Source: Nitrospirota bacterium (GTDB lineage: Bacteria > Nitrospirota > Thermodesulfovibrionia > Thermodesulfovibrionales > Dissulfurispiraceae). From it: a stretch of DNA of 64,000 nt. Position numbers and translations under genes: made by a program. Where the stretch lies: assembly GCA_040758355.1 (NCBI GenBank), contig JBFLWF010000007.1, positions 1-64,000 on the forward strand. The letters run 5' to 3'. Of the stretch, positions 1-9,673 are shown one piece after another; within the stretch, counting starts at the first letter, position 1, and every line of letters starts with the position of its first letter. Under the pieces are notes generated by a model that did no database searches, was not told where the DNA came from, and was given only the letters and a program-made list of their open reading frames with translations.

Positions 1-157
1 GAAAGATAGCTGAACATAAAGCCCTGTGGATCGTTGATGCCTCTCATCATGCCTCCTGTGATGATGTCGTTCATCAACTATACCTTATGCGTATAAACAT
101 TGGAAGTAGTTTTTCAGCAGCCTGTTAGATCAATGGAAGGCCTATAATAGAAACTAT

Positions 158-823
158 TTGGTGTCTATGTACGAAAATTACTATTTATCTTTTTTCGCTC
201 CAGAAAAGAATTTTGTCCTGGTTGAAAGAGAAAGGATAGATAAGGTTTTGAATGAACTAAAATTACAGTATTCTGGATTAGTAGATATAGGGTTGCAGCA
301 GAAATTAGGTAAAATGATAGGCGCATCGCATTTGTTAATAATAGACTATTCGCGGGTGGTTAAACCAAATTCCGAGATGTTAGATATTGAGATACATAAA
401 TTAATTGAAGTAAGCTCTGGAAAAATATTAGCTAGCGTTCCCTTTAATATAAAAGTGGTAGTTCAAAATAAAACTGCCCCCAGCGATTTATTTTCTGAAG
501 GGTATCATTATTTAGAATCTGGTAAATATCAGGAAGCAATCGAAACATTTACGAAAGTTATGGAAATAAATCCAAATGACACAGACGCATTAGGTAATAG
601 AGGGCTTGCATATAGCAGACATGGTAACCACGAACAAGCTATTAAAGATTTTACACGCCTTATTGAGCTTAAGCCTAAGGATGCTAAGGCGTATTATGCA
701 CGTGCTCTTGCTTATTCTGAGGTGGGGAGTCATTATTTGGCGTTAGATGATTTTAGAACTGCTGCCAGATTAGGCTACAAAGACGCTCAGGATTATTTGA
801 GGTCAAGAGGTATGCAATGGTAG
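158..823 (+). CDS. TPR protein with CsgG/TolB-N-like N-terminal region (start uncertain)
   Basis: FVLVERERIDKVLNELKLQ...LGKMIGA resembles CsgG-type domains; C-terminal TPRs (ALGNRGLAY, AYYARALAY); AT-rich. Confidence 0.6.
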   Translation: MVSMYENYYLSFFAPEKNFVLVERERIDKVLNELKLQYSGLVDIGLQQKLGKMIGASHLLIIDYSRVVKPNSEMLDIEIHKLIEVSSGKILASVPFNIKVVVQNKTAPSDLFSEGYHYLESGKYQEAIETFTKVMEINPNDTDALGNRGLAYSRHGNHEQAIKDFTRLIELKPKDAKAYYARALAYSEVGSHYLALDDFRTAARLGYKDAQDYLRSRGMQW

Positions 824-891
824 AGACCAATAAGTGTAAAAGCAGTCGGTAAAGATGAGAGACTAAATGGAGCCGGCGCGTTTCCTTTTTC

Positions 892-1503
892 TTGGCTGGC
901 TACGTGGGATTGAACCATGATGGGAAAACAATGACGCATGCTGAAACAGTTAACGCAATAATAGCTGTAATCTCTGCTTTAATATCTGCAGTTACTGCAA
1001 TATTTGTGATTTGTTATTGGCGAGAAACACAAAAAATGAAGCTTCAAATGATTGAGCAAAATAAGCTTGCCCATAAGCAGTTGAAAAGCTCAAACATGCC
1101 CATTTTAGATTTAATTATCGAGGATGTTAAGCTCCCTCCAGATATAGCAGAGCATCAACCGCAATTTTCTTACGATTTATTTCTTATCAATAAGGGAAGC
1201 GGACCTGCTTTTGATATATCCATACAGAGACTTCCTTCAGATATATACGGGCAAAAAGAGACTGTAAGGGGAACGCCTGATGTTCAAATAAAATCTTTTC
1301 AAAGGAATAGGAACATTATTGGAAAAGACGAAAAGATTCTTGTTTATAGGGAACATTCAAATTCATATAGAGCATTTACATTAAAAGTTTCATTTTATGA
1401 TATTTTCAGGGATCGTTACGAATGGGAGTTTCAAGGAGATAGAGAAGGTTTATCCTTGAAAAGATATGAAATTTTACGTGCAGAAGATGCAAAACTGCAT
1501 TAA
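892..1503 (+). CDS. Hypothetical membrane-anchored protein (start probably at an ATG near 919-931)
   Basis: 203 aa ORF with one N-terminal hydrophobic helix; AT-rich. Confidence 0.5.
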   Translation: MAGYVGLNHDGKTMTHAETVNAIIAVISALISAVTAIFVICYWRETQKMKLQMIEQNKLAHKQLKSSNMPILDLIIEDVKLPPDIAEHQPQFSYDLFLINKGSGPAFDISIQRLPSDIYGQKETVRGTPDVQIKSFQRNRNIIGKDEKILVYREHSNSYRAFTLKVSFYDIFRDRYEWEFQGDREGLSLKRYEILRAEDAKLH

Positions 1504-1523
1504 CTCTGCCATCCCCATTTTTC

Positions 1524-1602
1524 ATCCCGTTAGAGAATACCCCGTGCTAAGCCTTCAATCGGGGCTTATCACGGGGTTTAAGTGTGAGTTCTCTAACGGG
1601 AT
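1524..1602. mobile_element. MITE/REP-like palindromic element
   Basis: 14 bp perfect terminal inverted repeat ATCCCGTTAGAGAA (1524-1537) / TTCTCTAACGGGAT (1589-1602) plus internal hairpin CCCCGTG..TAAGCC / GGCTTA..CACGGGG. Confidence 0.65.
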
Positions 1603-1664
1603 TCATCTGCTGCGGGAAGTCGGGAAGCCGGAAAATTGTAAAAATGATAAAATAAAGGAAAATC

Positions 1665-1994
1665 ATGGCACTGAAAAATGATCATTACACTTACAGGGTA
1701 ACATGGTCGGCGGCAGACAACGAATATGTCGGACTGTGCGCTGAATTTCCGAGCTTAAGCTGGTTAGCGAAAACCCCCGAAGAGGCTTTAAAGGGCATCC
1801 GTAAATTAGTTGCCAGCGTAATAGCAGATATGAGGAAAACAGGTGAGGTTATACCGGAGCCGATAGCAAACCGCCATTACAGCGGCAAATTCGTTGTGCG
1901 TGTCACCCCTGAAACACATAAAGACCTTGCCATACAGGCGGCTGAAAGTGGGGTAAGCCTAAACCGTCTTGCTGCCGCTAAATTAAGCCGGTAA
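1665..1994 (+). CDS. hicB: HicB-family antitoxin, no HicA gene seen
   Basis: YTYRVTWS..YVGLCAEFPSLS..TPEEAL N-domain and YSGKFVVRV..H..LA..A...GVSLN ribbon-helix-helix. Confidence 0.8.
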   Translation: MALKNDHYTYRVTWSAADNEYVGLCAEFPSLSWLAKTPEEALKGIRKLVASVIADMRKTGEVIPEPIANRHYSGKFVVRVTPETHKDLAIQAAESGVSLNRLAAAKLSR

Positions 1995-2012
1995 CTCTGA
2001 AAAGATAACCCT

Positions 2013-3326
2013 ATGCCCTCTACCCGCCAGATTGCACTCACAGTCCTCAATAAGATCTTCAATAAAGGGATAAAGCCCAAAGAAGCGCTCGATGAATTGT
2101 CCGGTGATTTGGATAAAAGGGACAGGGCGTTTCTTATGGAGATTGTTTATGGAGTTTTGAGATACAGGGATTATCTTGACTATATGCTCAAGGATTTTTT
2201 GAAAAAGCCTTCAGGCCTTTCTCCGAATACATTAAATAATCTGAGGGCTGCTGTTTATCAGCTAAAGTACATGCGTGTGCCTGAATGGGCTGTTGTGGAT
2301 GAGGCGGTGAATCTCGAAAGGTTCAATCAGGGGAAAAGGGCATTGGTAAATGCGGTATTAAGAAATTTTCTGAGACATAAAGACGAGATAAAAGACCCTT
2401 CTAAAGATGACCCTGCTGAATACATATCCATTACTACATCCCATCTGCGATGGCTTGTAAAGAGATGGATTAAAAGATTCGGATTTGACGAGGCATTAAA
2501 GCTCGCAGAGGCGAATAACAGGATACCGCCTGTTGTTTTGAGGGCAGAGAGCGCAGAAAAAAGAGAAGAAATGTTAAAGAAATTTGCCGAAAAGGGTATA
2601 GAGGCTTATCCTACAGAATTTTCACCGGTTGGGATTGTTCTAAAAGAATTTCCTGCAGCTTTAAACTCCGAACTCTTAACTCATAACTTATTTGTTCAGG
2701 ACGAGGCTGCACAGCTTGTAGCATATTTTTTAAATCCATTGCCTCATGAAAGGGTTCTGGATGCCTGCGCTGCGCCTGGAGGAAAGACAACACACATTGC
2801 ACAGATGATGAAAGATAGCGGAGAAATAATAGCGGTAGAGTCGGAAGAGAAGAGGATAAGGCAATTGAAGGAGAATGTTTCGAGGCTCGGCTTGAGATCG
2901 ATCAAAGTTATTCACGGCGATGTAAAATCCCTTGATGTCGCAAGATTTGACAGAATCCTCCTTGATGCCCCATGCTCATCTATTGGTGTCATTAGGAGGA
3001 ATCCTGATGTAAAATACAGGCACACAAAAAAAGACCTCATCGGATATAAGGAAAATCAGCTTGACATGCTCAGGGCAGTATCGCGGTTTCTTAAGACAGG
3101 CGGCATTATGGTATATTCTGTATGCTCCACAGAGCCGGAAGAGGGGGAGGAGGTCATCAAGGAATTTTTACACAGCAACCCTGATTTTAGTATTATAGAG
3201 GGAGACCATGATTTCCTGAAGCCTTTCGAGGTATTAGATAAGGATGGACATCTTTTTTACAGGACATTCCCTCACAGGCATAATATGGACGGCTTTTTTG
3301 CTGCAAGGCTGAAAAGGATCGGATGA
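2013..3326 (+). CDS. rsmB: 16S rRNA m5C967 methyltransferase
   Basis: NusB-like N-domain; VQDEAAQ, DACAAPGGKT, DAPCS, YSVCS, DGFFAA motifs. Confidence 0.93.
   Translation: MPSTRQIALTVLNKIFNKGIKPKEALDELSGDLDKRDRAFLMEIVYGVLRYRDYLDYMLKDFLKKPSGLSPNTLNNLRAAVYQLKYMRVPEWAVVDEAVNLERFNQGKRALVNAVLRNFLRHKDEIKDPSKDDPAEYISITTSHLRWLVKRWIKRFGFDEALKLAEANNRIPPVVLRAESAEKREEMLKKFAEKGIEAYPTEFSPVGIVLKEFPAALNSELLTHNLFVQDEAAQLVAYFLNPLPHERVLDACAAPGGKTTHIAQMMKDSGEIIAVESEEKRIRQLKENVSRLGLRSIKVIHGDVKSLDVARFDRILLDAPCSSIGVIRRNPDVKYRHTKKDLIGYKENQLDMLRAVSRFLKTGGIMVYSVCSTEPEEGEEVIKEFLHSNPDFSIIEGDHDFLKPFEVLDKDGHLFYRTFPHRHNMDGFFAARLKRIG
2664..2689. repeat. 7-mer tandem (AACTCnn) in frame in rsmB
   Basis: aactccg aactctt aactcat aactt, encoding NSELLTHN. 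Confidence 0.55.
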
Positions 3327-3832
3327 ATAAATTAATAAAGATACCGCTCTATATCATCGCAATATTCGCCATCGGTATGATTTCAGGCCACTTCACCTTT
3401 AAAGTGCTGAGCTTCAGCAGGACTGTTACCGTGCCCGACCTCAGGGGCAAGGGTATGGTTGATGCCAATGATATGCTTAGGAAAAAAGGTTTGCATATAA
3501 GGCTTGAGGGAGAAGACTACGATTCCTATATCCCACAAGGGTATATAATACGCCAGGATATACCTCCAAAGAACAGCGTAAAAGAGGGAAGGGAGATAAG
3601 GGTTGTGCTGAGCAAAGGCCCGAAGGTCAGATATGTCCCCGATGTTGTGGGACAGCCCCTTGAGGCTGCAGAGGCCATACTAAAAGAAAAAGGCATAAGA
3701 ATCGGCAAGGTGCTGTACATCCATTCGGATAAAGTAGTAAAGAATATAATACTTGCACAAAGACCCGAGACCAATGAGAAGGGCGGAGATAATTTCAGCG
3801 TGATTGTAAGCTTGGGAGACTTTGAAAAATAG
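3323..3832 (+). CDS. PASTA-domain membrane protein
   Basis: N-terminal TM helix and two VPDL/VPDV..G..A..L PASTA repeats. Confidence 0.85.
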   Translation: MNKLIKIPLYIIAIFAIGMISGHFTFKVLSFSRTVTVPDLRGKGMVDANDMLRKKGLHIRLEGEDYDSYIPQGYIIRQDIPPKNSVKEGREIRVVLSKGPKVRYVPDVVGQPLEAAEAILKEKGIRIGKVLYIHSDKVVKNIILAQRPETNEKGGDNFSVIVSLGDFEK

Positions 3833-3841
3833 GAGGGAAGG

Positions 3842-4495
3842 ATGATAAAGATTGCCCCGTCAATATTATCGGCTGATTTTATGAGACTCGGCGAAGAGAT
3901 AAAGGCTGCTGAGACTGCCGGCGCCGATATGCTTCATCTGGATATAATGGACGGACATTTTGTTCCGAATATCACCATTGGCCCTGCATTTGTTGAGGCA
4001 ATAAGGAGGACAACCACCCTGCCCCTCGATGTGCATCTGATGATAGAGGAGCCCGATAAGTTCTTGAGGGACTTTATTAAGGCAGGTGCGGATTATATCA
4101 CAGTCCATGTGGAGACATCTGTTCATCTTCACAGGACAATCCAGTGGATAAAGGAGAGCGGCGTAAAGGCAGGAGTGTCTTTGAATCCGGCCACGCCTAT
4201 ATGGAGCCTCGATCATATACTGCCAGACCTTGATATGGTGCTCTTGATGTCGGTCAATCCTGGTTTTGGCGGACAGGAATTTATACCCTGTGTGCTGGAC
4301 AAGATAAAGTCATTGAGAAACATCATTAAAGAGAGGGGATTTAATGTCCTCATAGAGGTGGACGGAGGAGTAAAGCCCGACAATGCCAAGGAAATAGCTC
4401 TGGCAGGCGCTGATATTCTTGTTATGGGCTCTGCATTTTTCAATTCAGAGGATTATGGGGTCTTAATGAAACGGCTGAGGGAGATGTTGAAATAG
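3842..4495 (+). CDS. rpe: Ribulose-phosphate 3-epimerase
   Basis: IAPSILSADF, HLDIMDGHFVPN, MSVNPGFGGQ, EVDGG. Confidence 0.97.
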   Translation: MIKIAPSILSADFMRLGEEIKAAETAGADMLHLDIMDGHFVPNITIGPAFVEAIRRTTTLPLDVHLMIEEPDKFLRDFIKAGADYITVHVETSVHLHRTIQWIKESGVKAGVSLNPATPIWSLDHILPDLDMVLLMSVNPGFGGQEFIPCVLDKIKSLRNIIKERGFNVLIEVDGGVKPDNAKEIALAGADILVMGSAFFNSEDYGVLMKRLREMLK

Positions 4496-4499
4496 AGAT

Positions 4500-5591
4500 A
4501 TGGAAGACAAGATATATGAATTGATCAGGCAAGCCGAGATATTAAGGGAGAAAGCTGAATATAAAGATTCCCTCATGCTTTTTAAAAAGGCACTCTCAAT
4601 CAGTAAGAGGCACGGTATCCTCGACGGCGCTCTCGATTCCACCATTGCCATGGCCGATATCTACAGGATGACAGGAAACTTTGATAAGGCTGTGAAGAAT
4701 TATGAGGATGCATTGGAGGCATCCGAGGCATTGGGGAATAAGTTGACTGCTGCTGACTGTATGGCGGGAATGGGTTTGTCTTTACGGGCAATGGGGATGT
4801 GGAGGGATGCCATAAGGTTTATATCTGCTGCAAGAAAGATTTACGAGAAAGAGAAGGACAAAAAGGGGACTGCATTTTCTTTATGGGCAGAGGCAGGCGC
4901 CTTGAGGGTTGCGGGCGATATTACAAGGGCTATTAAAAAATTCAACGAGTCAAAGAATATATTCTCAAGTGCAAAGGATACATCAGGAGCGGCTTATTCA
5001 TTGTGCGGACTTGGCGGTGCACACAGGATTGCAGGCAAATTTAAAGAGTCAATGAATTACTATAAGCAGGCAAACGAGACATTCAGGAATCTCAAAGACA
5101 AATTCGGTATTGCCTATTCCCACTGCGGCATCGGCAATGCCTGCAGGATGCTTGACAATTACAAGGATGCCTTAAGACATTTTGAAAAGGCAACAGCACT
5201 TTATGAAGAGATAGGGGATGTTGTCAGCTATTCCTATACGCTCTGGAGCCTTGCCAATGTGCATAAGATGAAGATGGATTTCGCCAATGCCAAGTTCTAT
5301 ATAACAAAGGCCTTGAGGAATTTTAAAAAGACAAAGGATCCGAGAGGAATCATATACTGCAATCTGACACTTGGAGAAGTAATGTTTATGGAAGGCAGAA
5401 AGGGCATTGCCGAAAAGAAATTTCTTTTTGCCCTTCATAGTGCCGATGGGCATGATTTCAAGCTCGAAAAGTGCCATTCGCAGATGCTTTTAACAGCAGT
5501 CGGCAGTCAGCAGTCAGCAGTTAAAACCGAGTGTTACAAAAAGATGGGAGTATATCTGAAATTTACGGGCATCCCTTTTAATATGCCATGA
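4500..5591 (+). CDS. Tetratricopeptide repeat protein
   Basis: Repeated ~40 aa helical units (AYSLCGLG, AYSHCGIG). Confidence 0.8.
   Translation: MEDKIYELIRQAEILREKAEYKDSLMLFKKALSISKRHGILDGALDSTIAMADIYRMTGNFDKAVKNYEDALEASEALGNKLTAADCMAGMGLSLRAMGMWRDAIRFISAARKIYEKEKDKKGTAFSLWAEAGALRVAGDITRAIKKFNESKNIFSSAKDTSGAAYSLCGLGGAHRIAGKFKESMNYYKQANETFRNLKDKFGIAYSHCGIGNACRMLDNYKDALRHFEKATALYEEIGDVVSYSYTLWSLANVHKMKMDFANAKFYITKALRNFKKTKDPRGIIYCNLTLGEVMFMEGRKGIAEKKFLFALHSADGHDFKLEKCHSQMLLTAVGSQQSAVKTECYKKMGVYLKFTGIPFNMP
5494..5521. repeat. (CAGCAGT)x4 in frame in TPR gene
   Basis: cagcagt cggcagt cagcagt cagcagt, encoding AVGSQQSAV. Confidence 0.8.
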
Positions 5592-6124
5592 ATGTTGTCA
5601 ATATCCCCAATATCATTACCTTTGTCAGGATCATTATCATCCCTGCCTTTGTAACTGCGCTGATTTATAAGAGATACGATTATGCATTGTTTCTATTTAT
5701 ATTTGCCGCTGTTTCCGATGCACTTGACGGTCTCATGGCGAGGATGACAAAACAGAAGACAAAATTAGGGGCATTCCTCGACCCTCTTGCAGATAAATCC
5801 CTTCTTGTGACATCATTTATACTCTTTTCTGTTTATGACTGGATACCGCTGTGGCTGACCATAACCGTTATAAGCCGTGATGTGATAGTGGTGCTGGGAT
5901 GGATTTTGTTGTATCTGTCTGCGCACATAACAAAGATAGAGCCGTCAATAATCGGCAAGGCAGCCATTGCATCGCAGTTGATACTCATTGCATATACGCT
6001 TTTGTCTATCAATGTGAATTATATTCCACCTCCTGCAGGCTTGATGTTCTGGACGGTTGCAGTATTAACGATTGTTTCCGGAATACAGTATATTTATAAA
6101 GGGTTGAAGCAGTCAGCTATGTGA
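5588..6124 (+). CDS. CDP-alcohol phosphatidyltransferase (PgsA-like)
   Basis: NIPNIITFVR; DALDGLMAR..G..LDPLADK motif. Confidence 0.9.
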   Translation: MNVVNIPNIITFVRIIIIPAFVTALIYKRYDYALFLFIFAAVSDALDGLMARMTKQKTKLGAFLDPLADKSLLVTSFILFSVYDWIPLWLTITVISRDVIVVLGWILLYLSAHITKIEPSIIGKAAIASQLILIAYTLLSINVNYIPPPAGLMFWTVAVLTIVSGIQYIYKGLKQSAM

Positions 6125-6135
6125 AAGGGGGATTT

Positions 6136-6162
6136 CATAAGGGGGACAGAGTCCCCCTTATG
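6136..6162. repeat. Perfect 12 bp hairpin (REP-like)
   Basis: CATAAGGGGGAC-aga-GTCCCCCTTATG; no U-tract follows. Confidence 0.55.
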
Positions 6163-6177
6163 TGCTAAAGCAGACAG

Positions 6178-7479
6178 GTGAGAAATAGTTGCGGTATAGA
6201 AATTGAAGAGATAGAAAAGGGGAGCATTGCAGAAAAGGCAGGGCTGAAGTCAGGTGACAGGCTTGTTGCCATAAACAGCCATGAGGTCAGGGACGAAATA
6301 GACCTGCTGTTTTACGGCAATGAACCAAAGGCAAGCTTCCTCATACAGAGAAACAAAGAAAAGATGACGGTCGCTATGCAGATGGATGAGGCAGGTTGCT
6401 CCGGACTTGGTATCGTACTTAAGCCATTTAAGATTAAGACATGCAGAAACAACTGCATATTCTGTTTTGTTGCCCAGCTTCCACGGGGATTGAGGAGACC
6501 CCTATATATTAAGGATGAAGATTACAGGATGTCCTTCCTCTATGGTAACTACATTACCATGACTAATCTTTCGGATGCGGATAAAAAGAGGATTGTGGAG
6601 CAGAGGCTCAGCCCCCTGTACATCTCTGTGCATTCAACTAATACCGAGATAAGGAACAAACTGATCGGCAATCCGCACGCCTCTGACATTCTGAGGGAAA
6701 TAAAGTTCCTTGCCTCGCATAAAATAAGGATGCATACCCAGATAGTCCTTTGCCCGGGTTATAATGACGGCAAGAACCTCGAAAAGACCATAACCGACCT
6801 CTATAAATATTATCCATACGTGGCATCCATAGCTGTGGTTCCTGTTGGGATGACGGCACACAGAAAGAAGGTACTAAGGCCGGTGGAAAAGGAGGATGCG
6901 GCCAAGGCAATCGGGACAATCCAGAAACTCCAGACCAGATTTAAAAGAAAACATGGAGACAACATTGTCTATGCAGCGGACGAGTTATATATAAAAGCGG
7001 AGATACAGTTCCCGCCGCTGGAGCATTATGGGGAGCTCCCGCAGATAGAAAACGGGGTAGGCATGGTGCCGGTTTTCCTTCATCAGGCAAAGAGGATAAA
7101 GGCGCCGCGTGCATCGAAAAAGAAGATGTTCGTCACCTTTACGGGTGTTTCTTTTTATCCGTATCTTTCGAGATTTATCGATAGGCTCATTAAGGATGGA
7201 ATCGGCATAGAGGCAATGTCTGTGGAGAATGCATTCTTCGGTCAAAGCGTAACGGTGACAGGACTTCTCACAGGAAGGGACGTGATTAAATCCCTCGCGG
7301 GCATTGTTAAGAAGGACGATGTTCTGCTTATCCCCGATGTCGTTATGCGGGAAGGGGATGAGGTATTCCTTGACGATGTATCGAGGCAGGATATCGAAGA
7401 TGTGCTCGGAGTAAAGGCAGTGGTTATTGAATCAACACCAAAGGGTCTTGTTGACGCAATTTCGAAGGAGGGTTTATGA
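6178..7479 (+). CDS. PDZ + radical-SAM-like DUF512 Fe-S protein
   Basis: PDZ-like GSIAEKAGLKSGD; CRNNCIFC; KDEDYRMSFLYGNY; QIENGVG. Confidence 0.85.
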   Translation: MRNSCGIEIEEIEKGSIAEKAGLKSGDRLVAINSHEVRDEIDLLFYGNEPKASFLIQRNKEKMTVAMQMDEAGCSGLGIVLKPFKIKTCRNNCIFCFVAQLPRGLRRPLYIKDEDYRMSFLYGNYITMTNLSDADKKRIVEQRLSPLYISVHSTNTEIRNKLIGNPHASDILREIKFLASHKIRMHTQIVLCPGYNDGKNLEKTITDLYKYYPYVASIAVVPVGMTAHRKKVLRPVEKEDAAKAIGTIQKLQTRFKRKHGDNIVYAADELYIKAEIQFPPLEHYGELPQIENGVGMVPVFLHQAKRIKAPRASKKKMFVTFTGVSFYPYLSRFIDRLIKDGIGIEAMSVENAFFGQSVTVTGLLTGRDVIKSLAGIVKKDDVLLIPDVVMREGDEVFLDDVSRQDIEDVLGVKAVVIESTPKGLVDAISKEGL

Positions 7480-8312
7480 ACATAAGCGGAAAGACAAAGG
7501 TGACAGGGCTTTTCGGCTATCCTGTGGAGCACAGCCTCTCACCGGCAATGCATAATGCTGCCTTTGAGTATCTGAATCTGGATTATTGCTATGTGACCTT
7601 TTCCGTAAGACCGGATATGCTGAAGGATGCGGTGCATGCCATCAGGGCGCTAAATTTAAGCGGTGTAAATGTCACTGTTCCTCACAAAGAAAATGTTATG
7701 CCTTTTCTGGATGAAATCAGCGAAGAGGCATCCTTTATCGGTGCTGTTAATACAATAAAAAATAACGATGGGAAACTGACAGGATACAACACGGACGGCC
7801 GGGGCTTTATGCAGTCTTTATCCGAGGCAGGCATAGATGTCAAAAACAAGAAAATATTTATTGCCGGCGCAGGCGGCGCCTCCCGCGCCACAGGCTATTA
7901 TCTCTGCAGAGAGGCATCGGAAGTTTATCTTTATGATGTTGATACAAGAAGGGCTGATGCATTAAAGGGGCATCTGAACAAACTTGAGGGCAATGTTTCC
8001 CTTGCAGATGCGAATGACATCAAGGACAAAGATTTCTTCTCGGGGGTTGATATTGTTATCAATGCAACACCGCTCGGATTAAAGGCTGACGATCCAATGC
8101 CCGTGGACATATCCCTGATTGATAAAAACCATGTTGTGTGCGACCTGATATACAAAGAAACCCCTCTTTTGCGTGAGGCCTCGAAAAAAGGCTGTAAGAC
8201 CATGGACGGCCTCGGTATGCTTCTCTATCAGGGTGTTTTTGCATTCGAGATATGGACAGGAATAATGCCGCCTGTGGAAGTGATGAGACAGGCAATAGGC
8301 AATAGACGATAG
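7476..8312 (+). CDS. aroE: Shikimate dehydrogenase
   Basis: GYPVEHSLSP, NVTVPHK, GAVNT, NTDG, GAGGA, NATPLG. Confidence 0.95.
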   Translation: MNISGKTKVTGLFGYPVEHSLSPAMHNAAFEYLNLDYCYVTFSVRPDMLKDAVHAIRALNLSGVNVTVPHKENVMPFLDEISEEASFIGAVNTIKNNDGKLTGYNTDGRGFMQSLSEAGIDVKNKKIFIAGAGGASRATGYYLCREASEVYLYDVDTRRADALKGHLNKLEGNVSLADANDIKDKDFFSGVDIVINATPLGLKADDPMPVDISLIDKNHVVCDLIYKETPLLREASKKGCKTMDGLGMLLYQGVFAFEIWTGIMPPVEVMRQAIGNRR

Positions 8313-8363
8313 GCAATTGGCGACTTTCATTTATAGCCTATTACCTATTGCCTATCGCCTGTC
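8287..8363. repeat. Inverted pair of (GGCAATA)/(TATTGCC) 7-mer tandems overlapping the aroE stop
   Basis: gacaggcaataggcaatagacgataggcaa ... cctattacctattgcctatcgcctgtc. Confidence 0.8.
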
Positions 8364-8368
8364 GTTAG

Positions 8369-8385
8369 TTGGCATGTAATTTGCC
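8369..8385 (+). promoter_or_regulatory. Sigma-54 -24/-12 site
   Basis: TTGGCATGTAATTTGC, GG-N10-GC, close to the consensus TGGCAC-N5-TTGC. Confidence 0.55.
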
Positions 8386-8414
8386 TTTACAAGACCGTCC
8401 TGCTGTGGTAAAAT
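8386..8414 (+). promoter_or_regulatory. Sigma-70 promoter (probably leaderless lptC)
   Basis: TTTACA-17 nt-TAAAAT with TG extension; ATG 6 nt downstream, no SD. Confidence 0.55.
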
Positions 8415-8420
8415 TTTTAT

Positions 8421-8927
8421 ATGAAAAAATTTTTATTTGTTTGTGCTTCCCTCTTTCTTCTGACAGTATTGATAGTTTATTTAAACCAGGAAAAGGATGC
8501 GAAGATCAAATTGCGTCTTGGCGATAATTCGTATATGGATGAAGTGAGCATTACGCAGAAGAAGGCAGGACTCGTCAAGTGGATACTGAATTCTGAAAAA
8601 GCCGTGTTTTTAACGAACAATGATGTAAAGCTCGATAACCTGAAGATAATATTTCCTGAAAAAGATCTTACCCTCACGTCCAACGGAGGTATATATGATA
8701 TTGAAAGCAGGAATCTGAAGATAGATGGAAATATAAACGCCTTTACCAAGGATTATGAAATTGTGGCGAACACATTGTTCTGGGATTCTTCGAAAAACGA
8801 GATACTTTCCGATGAAAGGGTTCAGATTGTTGGAAAGAGGTTTTTTGCAGAAGGAGATACTATGACAGCAACGACCGACAAGGCGACACTGAATAAAAAT
8901 GTAAAGGCGGTTTTTTATGGAAAATAA
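8421..8927 (+). CDS. lptC: LPS export protein LptC
   Basis: N-terminal TM, beta-jellyroll-like sequence, position upstream of lptA/lptB. Confidence 0.75.
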   Translation: MKKFLFVCASLFLLTVLIVYLNQEKDAKIKLRLGDNSYMDEVSITQKKAGLVKWILNSEKAVFLTNNDVKLDNLKIIFPEKDLTLTSNGGIYDIESRNLKIDGNINAFTKDYEIVANTLFWDSSKNEILSDERVQIVGKRFFAEGDTMTATTDKATLNKNVKAVFYGK

Positions 8928-9438
8928 GACATTGGTTATAGGTTATAGGTTATGGGTCATAGGTATTTTTTTTATTTTTTACCTATCACCTATCACCTAT
9001 CACCTATCACCTGTATTTGCTCAGGAAAAAAAGAGTGCATCGAAAGAACCTACTGTCATAACCTCGGAAATACTGACTGCCGACAATAAGGCCAAGACCG
9101 CCCTTTTTGAGAAGTCAGTCGTGGCAAGGAAGGGAGAGATGACCCTGTTTGCCGATAAGATGCTGGTGTATTATTCGGAGGAGAAGGGGAGCAGCAATAT
9201 TAAACGGATCGATGCCGAGGGGAATGTCAAGCTTATAAAAGGGGAACGCGTTGTAACATCCAAATTCGCTACTTATTTTGCCGAGCCTGAAGAAAAGATT
9301 ATATTCACGGGAGAGCCGAGGGCAACCGAGGGTGAAAATGTGGTGACAGGCACAAAGATGATATATTTTATGAAGGATGACCGCTCCATAGTCGAAAACA
9401 GCAAGGTCTTGTTAATAGAGCGGAGGGGCGGAAGGTAA
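8917..9438 (+). CDS. lptA: LPS transport periplasmic protein LptA
   Basis: Signal peptide; OstA-like motifs (LFADKM, AEGNV, TGEPR, TGTKM). Confidence 0.8.
   Translation: MENKTLVIGYRLWVIGIFFIFYLSPITYHLSPVFAQEKKSASKEPTVITSEILTADNKAKTALFEKSVVARKGEMTLFADKMLVYYSEEKGSSNIKRIDAEGNVKLIKGERVVTSKFATYFAEPEEKIIFTGEPRATEGENVVTGTKMIYFMKDDRSIVENSKVLLIERRGGR
8934..9012. repeat. Inverted 7-mer tandems (GGTTATA)x4 / (ACCTATC)x4 forming the lptA signal peptide
   Basis: 8934-8964 and 8981-9012, encoding VIGYRLWVIG and LSPITYHLSP. Confidence 0.85.
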
Positions 9439-9673
9439 TTAACCTAAGTTAAGCGATTTTATATATGTCAGGTACTGCTCAAAGACTTTAAAGAGTGTTA
9501 TTTCATGTGTATATAAAAAGATTATTAATGCATCACCCAACAAGTATCCAATGTCGTGGATGACGGATATAAGATAAATGTCTTTACAAGTGCGGAGTTT
9601 AAAGTTTTTTCGCTACACCTGACATATATTTCTAAATTAGAATCGCTCAATTTGGGATTAAGTAAATAAAGAT

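Noticed and set aside
1466..1681. 71 aa ORF as the HicA toxin
   Set aside because: It is mostly translation of the palindromic element and has no HicA GSH motif.
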